42,472 bases of DNA from Octopus sinensis (Eukaryota), in NCBI RefSeq assembly GCF_006345805.1, contig NW_021835188.1, forward strand, positions 1 through 42,472. Direction: 5' to 3'. Positions 14,087 to 26,344 of this stretch are shown in pieces (positions within the stretch are counted from its first letter, which is position 1; each line of letters opens with the position of its first letter). Both the position numbers and the translations under genes were made by a program. A model generated the notes under the pieces. The model saw only the letters and a program-made list of their open reading frames with translations. It did no database searches and was not told the origin of the DNA.

Positions 14087-15820
14087 CTGTGTTTGTCCCC
14101 CTAGCATGGCTTGACAACCGATGCTGGTGTGTTTATGTCCCCGTTACTTAGCGGTTCGGCAAAAAAGACCGATAGAATAAGTACTGGGCTTACAAAAGAA
14201 TAAGTCCCGGGGTCGAGTTGCTCGATTAAAGGCGGTGCTCCAGCATGGCCGCAGTCAAATGACTGAAAACAAGTAAAAGAGTAAAAACAGAGAGAGTATA
14301 AAGAGAGACACATAAATACTTACTCTGTCAAATAGGTGAGATGTGTTGGTATATAAGTTGTTCTTGAGGTTGGATTAGCCGTGGGGTTGGTTCTGTATTG
14401 GAAATGGACTTTCATCACGAAGTCAGCATCACCATGAAGTGCTGTACACAGCTAAAGAAAAACAAACAAATATTTACTGTCACATTGCTTCTTTTCTTTC
14501 TTTATTTTTTTTTCATTAGTTTTCTTGCTGGAATGCTGCCATCTGAAGACAGCCTTCAGGGCGAACATCTTGAAGTAATGATTACAACAATAAAATTCTC
14601 ATAATATTATTAAACTAGCAGTATAGCCCAGCGTTGCTCGGACTTGTTTTCTTTTCGACCCTTTAGAATTGGAAATTTTGGAAAGTAAAAATTTTGCATT
14701 ATGTAGCTTGTTATTCTCTTTAATTGAACATTTTTCTGGTTGAAATACACCGAAAAATGGCGACACAGCAGTCAAAAAATCGTAAAAAATAGGGATTTTC
14801 ATAGAAAAAAAGCACCTTTTTTATGTAAATAATTTTTGGTGTTAACATGGTCCGATTTGAATTTTTTTCTTCTACTGAGGGAAGAGCAAGCCTTCTTCTA
14901 TCATGCTCTCAATTTTGGTCAACTTCCGCCGCAGGGTCTCGGAGGAGATAGTGTTAGTTGAAGGCTACTGACACCTGCCATACACTGAAGACAGCTTCAG
15001 CTTTATATAGAGAGATTTACTCTGCTGTACCTATTGAGCACACTTCACATTGTTCGCAGTACATCTTCAAAAACAATAACACACACACACACACACACAC
15101 ACTTTGGTCGAAAGATTCAAAGGATTTTCCATGCAGAATCTTTTCCTTTCTTAATTTAATCCTGCGGAAAAATATGCAGAAAAAGAAAAATCTTGTTCGT
15201 TGGATAAACTTACAAAAGGAAATTTGTCCAAACTAAGTTGAAATTTATCCTTGTAGTATATCACTGTCGGGTCCTTGACGGAGACTTTGCCACAGAACGG
15301 GGTCCTGTCGCTGACAACCTTACCATTGTGATTGTAATCGGAAGGGTTTTCAAAATCGTTGAAATAACCGTACGTCCCTATCGAAGGTGAAGATATATGA
15401 GAAGGGCAGATAACTCCGAACATCGTGTTTAAGGCGGTTGATATCTATGGATAGAAAGATAAGGGTAAATCAATAGGATGTCATGCATGTATGTGTATGT
15501 ATGTATGTATGTATGTATGTCCGCATGTATGTATGTATGCATGTATGTATGTATGTATGCATGTATGCATGTATGTATGTATGTATGTATGTATGTATGT
15601 ATGTATGTGTATATATATATAGTTAATCCAAACAAGAAAGCACAAAAAAACACAACAACGCGAGGACGTGGAACAAACATAGCATTATTGGACGAAAAGA
15701 AAAGAAGGAGGTTTTAACGTTTCGAGCGGAGCTCTTCGTCGGAAACATAGGAGAATGAAAGATCCAGAGAAGGGAAGACAGAGGGGAAAAAATTGCCAAC
15801 GGTACACACGAGGTCACATT

Positions 15821-15867
<47 letters not shown>

Positions 15868-17205
15868 GGGAGAAAGAGAGAAACAGACAGACAGAGATAT
15901 AAAAAGGCAGGTAAACACAAATATCGGTTTAATAAATATATTTACAAGGAATACAAACAAATAAACAAATGGAATGATATATTAGTCTTATCTTGACAGC
16001 TGTTTCGGGTGAACCACGATGTATGTCATAACTATGTTTATTATGTAACAGACATCCATGATAAAAATCACGTTACATCATCGGATGGATTTCTGATGAG
16101 GATCACATGATTTCCTATCACAGATCTGTAAAAATTAATGCTATTTTATACATCTATGACATATAGGCGCAGGAGTGGCTGTGTGGTAAGTAGCTTGCTA
16201 ACCAGCCATATGGTTCCGGGTTCAAACCCACTGCGTGGCATCTTGGGCAAGTGTCTTCTGCTATAGCTCCGGGCCGACCAATGCCTTGTGAGTGGATTTG
16301 GTAGACGGAAATTGAAAGAAGCCTGTCGTATATATATATATATATTTATATATATATGTGTGTGTTGTGTGTGTTGTGTGTGTGTGTTGTGTGTGTGTGT
16401 GTGTGTTTGTGTGTCTGTGCTTGTTCCCCTAGCATTGCTTGACAACCGATGCTGGTGTGTTTACGTCCCCGTCACTTAGCGGTTCGGCAAAAAAGACCGA
16501 TAGAATAAGTACTGGGCTTACAAAGAATAAGTCCCGGGGTCAATTTGCTCGACTGAAGGCGGTGCTCCAGCATGGCCGCAGTCAAATGACTGAAACAAGT
16601 AAAAGAATAAAAGAAGAGAAAAGAATAATAGTTACAAGTGGTTTGCATTTAAAATCGTATGTTAGATTAAAGTGAAAAGCATCAAGCGGTTTTCGAAATG
16701 CCTCTCGGTACAGATTTCTGAACTTACCTGCTCAGCTGTCGCTTTCACGGAAAGTGGTGATGACATGACGCCATCTAGTGTGAATGCAAAGTGACGGTTG
16801 CTAGCCTTTCCGTTCGCCATTTTTGTCAGACTGATGTCAAGTTTGTTGCCATTATAATCAGGAACGTGTTCGACTTCTATCAACGGCAGACTTCCTAATA
16901 ATTAAAACCAGATCAACAATGAACATCTTATTATTTTATATTACGTGTAATATCTCGTAACCTAAATCCTTAAATCCTTAAAAATGTTTTAGCCCGAAGG
17001 CCTCGGCCATGCTGGGGCACCACCGGTGGGTTTTTCAAACATCATTTTTTAGCCCGGAGTGGGTCTTGATCAAAACAATTAGGAACAGCAGCAACGGCAA
17101 AGTGGAGGCGCAATAGCCCGATGGTTAGGGCAGCGGACTTGCGGTCGGAGGATCGTGGTTTCGATTCCCAGGCCGGGCGTTGTGTGTGTTTATTGAGCGA
17201 AAGGC

Positions 17206-17261
<56 letters not shown>

Positions 17262-19522
17262 CACGCACATATGCATACATATATATTTACATATACATAC
17301 ATACATACATACACCTAAAGCTCCACGAGGCTCCAGCAGGGGGTGGTGGCGACCCCTGTTGTACTCTTTCACCCCAACTTTCTCTCACTCTTTCTTCCTG
17401 TTTCTTGTCCTCCCCGACTTCCTATGCAACCACTGAGCCTGGATACGCATTCATCCATCCGTCAATGCTCACGGTGTCGGGGGTTGACCTGCTTTCTCTT
17501 CTGCGGGTCTTACGAATAGCAAAGGACCACGTTTCTGACTTCTCCCACGACTGGGACGAAGACCGATTCGCTCAGCAGCAACGGCAACAACAACAACAAC
17601 AACAACAGAGGTGTATTTAATTACGATTTAACCCTTTGGCTATTATATTTTCAGCCCATTTCAGATATTACTATATATATATATAAGACCGGTAGGCCAG
17701 GTGTTGGTTTTGTAGTCTTGATCATTTCATGATGGCGCGCGGTCTCATGGTTAGGGTGTTCAGCTCATGGTCATAAAGACAGCGGGCTCAGTTTTTTGAG
17801 CCGGCAGTATGTCACGACTATACAAGCACCTAAAACAATAGGAAAAGCACGGTACATGTTACTAAGCCATACTCGCTCGCGAATGACCACACCCTGCACT
17901 GTACCATACCTACGGAAATCGAGATAAGTTCAGACCCAATGAACTGTAAGTTCGAGACAGACTTATTTCTTAAGAATGGTAAATTATCTCTTCTTTTTTG
18001 GACTTACCAATGGGTAACTTCAAGAAAATGTAAAAATCGGTTGTGTTTCCTGTGCTGTTCTCTGCTACCCGAACCATTCTGCTCAGACTTGGTAACGAAT
18101 CTAAAGCATATTGGATATCTTTTGCTGATGCAGTTCCTGGAAGTGGTACTGTAAATAAAAAGCAAAATGGCAGAATACATATAAGCCGATTCCTGTGCCA
18201 TCTTGGAACTGGTTAATTTATCCAATTCTCTAAAGATTCAACCAATCTGCTCTTCCCCTGCTCGAGCCAAATAATAAAACAACACATAAAGCTAAATAAA
18301 ACAATAATAAAACAGCCATCCATCCATTTTCTCTGTACACCGTTCCTAGAAAGTTCGTGGCGGAATTCTCCACGGGTACCGCCTCCATGGACTCCTAATA
18401 CAAGCAGCCATTTATACTCTTTTAAGCTGACCAACCGTGATTACTGAGACAATGGATATTACCCGACCATTCCATTCTTGGTTTACTTTTAGGTCTCCTG
18501 CTAGTTGGCTCCGCTTGAAGAATTCGTTCTGCGATTCTTCCCTGTTAAATGCTAATCCCATCTCCGAAGTACCAGAGCTATATAACCTCTCAATGTAGAG
18601 AAATAACGGCTCGACCTAGAAAAACTCCATGATCTCTGAGCTACGTTTCCTGTCGAGATTCGTTACTCCAAAGATCCCTCGGATGAACCCTGTTTCCGAT
18701 CGCTTGTATTCGTGATCATTCTTTTTCTGTCCCTACCCAGCAATCATTAATTTTTATGGATAACTAGCAGTATCACCCGGCATTGCTCGGGTTTGTAAGG
18801 GAAATAACTATATAAGCATTTTTAGAGAGTTACTTCCCTTATATAAAACCGAGTAAAAATGCATTAAAAGAACGAAAAAATGATGGTAAATTTTTTTTAA
18901 ATCGTAGACTCATCGTAGACGCGCGCTAATACCCAGAAGGGCTCGATATGTATCACGACTATAAGATACCCGCTTTCGGTTAAACTGTACCGCAAAATGT
19001 AGGAGTAGTTAGGAATCTAATTAGGAGTAGACAGACAGACACACACAACTTCAGTTTTATATATAAAGATGACACCTGACGACGTAAAGATGACAAAACA
19101 TGAACTGCAAATAAATTCTACCGAATTTAAAGAACTGAAATTCTTACTCACATGTGGCAGCGTTACCAAACTTCAACTTGAACTTAGCACCGTCGGTCTG
19201 CGGAGAATTCTTTCTTATTACTAAACTCTGGATGTCATCGGAACTTTCGGTCTTGTTTAATTCATTCAGTTTTATTATCTGGATAAATGTAAGGAATGGT
19301 TGCGTATCACCATATCAACATAGGGAAACATTCTGACACACACACACATATGAATATACGCATGCGCATAAACACACACACACATAGATGAACATACACA
19401 GGCGTATAAACACACACACACACACCACACACACACACACAGATAAATGAACATACACAGATGCATAAACACACACACATATACTATACACCATTGTGCA
19501 CATGTGTGTGTATGTATGTTTC

Positions 19523-19553
<31 letters not shown>

Positions 19554-20239
19554 GTACCTTGTTCTACCATTACTCTATATTTATATTACGGAGATGTACT
19601 TGCATAGCAAGTGACCTGATCTGAGATCGTGTGCCGAAACGAAAACAATTGCAGCGTGGAAGGTGTTTGCAAGCCATTTAAGAAACACACAGAAGCCGTT
19701 CGATTCACTTCAACATTTAAGTTTAATTTGTCAAAATATTTTCGTCGCTTTAAGACCGCGACCTCTTCACTGACAAAAATCAGGGATGCATCACGGATTT
19801 TTGTCAGTGAACAGGTCGCGGTCTATATTTATACTACTACCTTTATTTTGCTGGAAAAGTAATAGATTTGTATTGCAATATTTTAGTTTCCGTTGAAAAC
19901 TTTTTCACTCTTCTCAATCTGTTAACGACTAAACTTTCAGGCGAGTATTCTGACATTGATGTAGCAACATTTGAAATATTGTCCAGGTAAATCCAACTGA
20001 TGAAGACTAATCAATTTTACGCTGACAAACGTATTTGAAGAGTCCGAAACCTAGGTACAGGATTATCCGATTCTGGGTTGTTCATTTATCTAATGTTCTC
20101 CCTAGAGGTAAGACAAAATGTTTTATGTTTGTTGCACTCACACGTCTTTGCCAGTATACACGCAGCGAAACTTTACTATAGCGTCGTAAATGTATCCACT
20201 GCTATTTCCAGTAAATATTGGGGCTTTGTTGTACAACTA

Positions 20240-20278
<39 letters not shown>

Positions 20279-21439
20279 ATATATATATATATATATAAGA
20301 TTCCGTCGAATTAGGTACTTAAGTTGAGGCACCCTAGCTAGGTGGGTATAATCCGCATACCCAAACAATATTATTGAATATTGAATATGAAGACTCCATG
20401 CAGGGGTGTTTGAACATGATATTATTGTCGTGTGTGCAGACAACGCAATCCAGCTAAGGGAAGATATCCGCTCTTGGTAATATATATATATATATACATA
20501 CATACACACACGACCAGCTTCTTTAAGTTTCTTAAAGTTTCTTTAAACGCATTGTGACCAGCGGTGCGTAACGACATTCGATAGTCTGGTCGATAACCAC
20601 TACTACATAGGATGTGTTAAAGCTAAAGAACGTGTAGCTCCTTCAGACTTACCATTGTTTTAAGGCGGCGAGCTGGCAGAAACGTTAGCACGCCGGGCGA
20701 AATGCTTAGCGGTATTTCGTCTGCCGCTACGTTCTGAGTTCAAATTCTGCAGAGGTCGACTTTGCCTTTCATCCTTTCGGGGTCGATTAAATAAGTACCA
20801 GTTACGCACTGGGGTCGATATAATCGACTTAATCCGTTTGTCTATCCTTGTTTGTCCCCTCTGTGTTTAGCCCCTTGTGGATAGTAAAGAAACAGAAATA
20901 GATATTTCGTCTGTCTTTACGTTCTGAGTTCAACTTTGCCTTTCATCCTTTCGGGGGTCGATAAATTAAGTACCAGTTGCGTACTGGGGTCGATCTAACT
21001 GACTGAGCCCCCTCCCCAAAAATTTCAGGCCTTGTGCCTAGAGTAGAAAAGACTTACCATTGTTTCGTTGACTTCAGTTGTGCTGAGAATTATTCTTTGT
21101 TTCATGTTCCTGCTGTGACCTGTCTGCGACCGAGTCACTGAGCTGTTCTTGCTAAACATTCTTACATAGACTTCTGGTGTGGGTCTCGAGTATCGGTTTT
21201 CATACAAAACCTCGATGTAATACCTGAAACGGACGAGAGGAAAATTTGGATGAAACAAATAACAAAAAAACTTAGGCGCAGGAGTGGCTGTGTGGTAAGT
21301 AGCTTGCTAACCAACCACATGGTTCCGGGTTCAGTCCCACTGCGTGGCACCTTGGGCAAGTGTCTCCTGCTATAGCCTCGGGCCGACCAATGCCTTGTGA
21401 GTGGATTTGGTAGACGGAAACTGAAAGAAGCCTGTCGTA

Positions 21440-21499
<60 letters not shown>

Positions 21500-23364
21500 G
21501 TGTGTGTGTGTGTGTGGTGTGTGTGTGTGTGTGTGTGTTTGTGTTTGTGTGTCTGTGTTTGTCCCCCCAGCATTGCTTGACAACCGATGCTGGTGTGTTT
21601 ACGTCCCCGTCACCTAGCGGTTCGGCAAAAAAGACCGATAGAATAAGTACTGGGCTTACAAAGAATAAGCCCCGGGGTCGATTTGCTCGACAAAAGGCGG
21701 TGCTCCAGCATGGCCGCAGTCAAATGACTGAAACAAGTAAAAGAGTAAAAGAGTAAAAGAGAATATCAAAAACAGAAAATTATTATGATTTCATTTATTT
21801 GCCACAGGGGCAAAGCATGAGGGGGACAATACGAAGACAGACATAAAATGTGGGGGGGGGTTACATGGAGTGAAATGATGAAAAACAAAGGAAAGAAAGA
21901 AAGTATATTCGGTATACACCGGAAAAGAAGGGACATATACTCTTTTACTCTTTTACTTGTTTCAGTCATTTGACTGTGGCCATGCTGGAGCACCGCCTTT
22001 AGTCGATCAAATCGACCCCGGGATTTATTCTTTGTAAGCCTAGTACTTATTCTATCAGTCTCTTTTGCCGAACCGCTATCGGACTTACTTCTGAACTATT
22101 TCTACCTCCATCTTGTACACACACACACACACACACATATACAGTATTCTCTTTTACTCTCTTTTAAGTGTTTCAGGCATTTGACGGGGGCCATGCTGGA
22201 GCACCGCCTTTAGTCGATCAAATCGACCCCGGGGCTTATTCTTTGTAAGCCTAGTACTTATTTTATCGGTCTCTTTCTTGCCGAACCGCTAAGTTACGGG
22301 AACGTAAACACACCAGCATCGGTTGTCAAGCGATGTTGGGGGGACAAAGACAGACACGCAAACACGCACATACATATATATATACATATATACGACGGGC
22401 TTCTTTCAGTTTCCGTCTTCCAAATCCACTCACAAGCCTTTGGTCGGCCCGAGGCTATAGTAGAAGACACTTGCCCAAGGTGCCACACAGTGGGACTGAA
22501 CCTGGAACCATGTGGTTCGTAAGCAAGCTACTTACCACACAGCCACTCCTACGCCTATGTATAACATATAAGTCTTGTGAGTGGATTTGGTAGAGGGAAA
22601 CTGAAAGAAGCCCTTCGTATATATATATATATATGTGTGTGTGTGGTGTGTGTGTGTGTGTGGTGTGTGTGTGTGTGTGTGTGTGTGCATGTGTGTGTGT
22701 CTGTATTTGTTGTCCACCATCATCGGTTGACAACCGATGTTGGTGTGTTTACGTCCCTGAAACTTAGTGATTCGGCAAAAGAGCCCTATAGAATAAGTAC
22801 TAGGCTTACAAAGAATAAGTCCTCGGGGGTCGATTTGTTCGACGGAAGGTGGTGCTCCAGCGTGGCCGCAATCAAAATGACTGAAACAAGCAAAAGCCTC
22901 CTCCGTGCCCGTGTTTTTCTTATAATGAGATGTTGTGTGGGGGTGGGAGGGGGCAGGGGGATAAGGGTCCTGGGGGGGGGGGTAAATAAAGAATTGGTTT
23001 TTACTTTTTGCCTTCGATCAGGTTAATTTCAACATTTTCAGTCCGGCGCTGAAAACAAAAAGAAACGTAATTAATTTGAATTTATTATTTCATAAATGAA
23101 AAAAAATAAATAAACAATTAAAAGAATGGTGTGTGTCCGGTTATAGAAATCAGGTAAAAAGCGGACATTGGAGCTTGACCGCGGTCTTTTGGCTTGCGGG
23201 GGAGTCTGTCAAACCGTCCAACCCATGCCAGCTTGGGAAAGAAGGGACGATAAATGGCGATGATGATGATGTGATGATGATGATGATGATGATGATGGTG
23301 TTAATGATGATGATGATGGTGGTGATGATGATGGTGGTGGTGGTGGTGGTGGTGATGATGATGT

Positions 23365-23399
<35 letters not shown>

Positions 23400-23958
23400 G
23401 TGTTAATGATGATGATGATGGTGGTGATGATGATGGTGGTGGTGGTGGTGGTGTGATGATGATGATGATGATGATGAGGAGGAGGAGGAGGAGGAGGAGG
23501 TTGGTGGTGGTGATGATGATGATGATGATGATGGTAACAATGATGGTGGTGATGAAGATGATGTTGATAATGATGAGAATGATGAGGAGGCTGATGATGA
23601 TGATGATGATGATGATGATTACAATGCAATAGAGAAGACAGTATGTTCGATTCGGGCATTTTCTTACCATAAATTCTTTACTTTCGTTCGTACTCAGCCA
23701 AACCTGTGACGGTCCGTTACCGTTTAATTTGAGGGTGTGTTTACCAGAGTAAATTGGAACCAGGAATCCTGACATTCGTATACTTTTCCGATCTTTACTT
23801 GTGGAATATTCACCGTTGTCGTTCCAGCCCTCCATATAACCAGACGTGGTGCCATTGTAGGACCTCAATTTCGTAAACGACTGAGCCCCGATATCCCAGC
23901 TCTCTATCTTCAGACCTCGGTTTCCTGTGGAAACAGAAACAGAGAGAGTAACGGTGGA

Positions 23959-23997
<39 letters not shown>

Positions 23998-26293
23998 GGT
24001 GGTGGTGGTGGTGGTAGTAGTAGATGTCTTTGCTGCTATTGTTGTTGTACTAATGGCTGCTATTGTTGTTGTACTAATAGCTGTTGTGTTGTGGATGTTG
24101 TTGCAGTGGTTGTCATTGATGTTGTTATTGTTGTTGTTGTGGTGGTGGTGGTGGTGGTAGATGTATTTGCTGCTATTGTTGTCGTACTAATGGCTGTTGT
24201 TGTTGTTGTTGTGGATGTTGTTGCAGTGGTTGTCATTGATGCTGTTGTTGTTGTTGTTGTGTGTTGTAGTTATTGCTCTTTTTGTTGTAGTAGTGGTGGT
24301 TATTGTTGTAGTTGTTGTTGTTTCAGCTGCCGTGCCTGTCCCCACCCCCGATCATCGCCCTGGGACATCAGCCCCTCTATTCTTCCAGCTTTGCAGCCGC
24401 CCCCTATTTTATATCGTCTCCACTACTACCCCGACGACCACAACTACTCTTACCGACACCAACATCATTATCGCCGAAGACCACCAAAACCACGACCAAT
24501 ACTACTACTACTACTACTACTACTACTAGTAGTAGTAGTAGTAGTAGTAGTGCGATCGAGATCCTTATCTTCAAAATATCCCCAACTGTTAAAGTGGCGG
24601 TCTGACCGTCTGGTAAGCAAATAGGAAGTAGTAATTGAAGTAGATGATGAATATGCTCCGGAATAATCATTTAAAGATGGTTTTGTTTCATGTTGTTATT
24701 TGTTTTTGTTGAATAAAATGTTGGAAAAAAAAAGCCGCAATAATTATGCACCAACCCAATATAATCGAATAACAAACGAAACACGAGATGACGGCGGTTG
24801 GCGGTCGCGGTTCCCTTACGTAATAAAAACTGGTTGAACATAACTGGCCCTGGGCTAAATAACAAGAAAGAACGAAAAGAGCAACGTCAACAACAACAAG
24901 AGGATAATAGGCGCAGGAGTGGCTGTGTGGTAAGTAGCTTGTTTACCAACCACATGGTTCCGGGTTCAGTCCCACTGCATGGCATCTTGGGCAAGTATCT
25001 TCTGCTATAGCCTCGGGCCGACCAAAGCCTTTTGAGTGGATTTGGTAGACGGAAACTGAAAGAAGCCTGTCGTATATATGTATATATATATGTGTGTGTA
25101 TGTTTGTGTGTCTGTGTTTGTCCCCCTAGCATTGCTTGACAACCGATGCTGGTGTGTTTATGTCCCCGTCACTTAGCGGTTCGGCAAAAAGAGACCGATA
25201 GAATAAGTACTGGGCTTACAAAAGAATAAGTCCCGGGGGTCGAGTTTGCTCGACTAAAGGCGGTGCTCCAGCATGGCCGCAGTCAAATGACTGAAACAAG
25301 TAAAAGAGTAAAAAAAAGAGTAATAGTAGCTAAACAAATTCTGTGCACCTACCTGCATGTATTGATGGCATGTGTTCTGGTTTCGAACCCACTTCACAGA
25401 GGATGGTATCGTCGGTTACTTTTGATGTGATCACGCACGGTTTCCCTTTTCAATGAAAATAAATCGTTCAAAGAGTTAGTGGTTCCTTTGTGATTTAGGC
25501 TACGGGAAGTGGATTGATAGGGTGGAGATCATTGGGAGTGTGTGATATTCATGCCTTTCCCAGAATTAATATCTTTGTGAATGAAGGGAAGCGCAACGGG
25601 AGGTGTGATCTTTAGGCTTGTTGTAACAGAGCGATGTGAACCCGCTGCGCCGGGTGATTAGCCCTTGCTTTGCAAATCCTGTCTCAAGAATTCTATAAAA
25701 GAGTTTATAGAAAGCCTTGATAGTGTCAGTTCAGTTTCCACAAACATGAGGTTTTTCAACGTTTCGGAGTTCGGTCGTTTGTCAGTGGATACAAAACAGG
25801 AGTGGTACTTTATTTCTTTATAAGCCTGTCTAATGGCGGTGAATTAGCAGTGGAATAGTTAGAGCGTGGGGTAGAATGTCTTCTGTGCTCGTTCAGCTCT
25901 TTGAGTTCTGAGTTCAAATCCCTCTGAGGTCAAATTCGCCTTTAAAAAATGGTAAAGCTCAATCTCGAGTCATATCGACTCATTGGTCAGTATTACCCGA
26001 TTCTTGAGCTCATATATACTCCCTCCCTGGATGGGACGCTGACCCTTCGCAAGATTACTCTCTTTTGCCAGCTGAGTGGCAAAAATGAAATTAAGTATTT
26101 TTTTCTCAATAACACAATGCATCGCTCGATCCAGGAATCGAAACCATAATCATGCGGTCGTGAGTCCAACATCCTAACCACTAAGCCATGCGCCTTTCAT
26201 CTTTCCAAATCAATAGATAAATAGCAATCCGGTAAAGAAGTCGGTTCTTCTTTTCTCAACCTTCTTCTACCTGTCTGTCTGTCTGTCTGTCTG

Positions 26294-26344
<51 letters not shown>

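Noticed and set aside
23180-23235. Minus-strand [10 protein letters not shown] peptide as the missing part of the PA14-like segment
   Set aside because: Antisense of a LINE-like tail, with no phase-0 donor
25765-25790. Minus-strand CTGACAA...CGAAACGTTG, Penelope-like
   Set aside because: Core G8 is missing and the stems are poor; at most a decayed remnant
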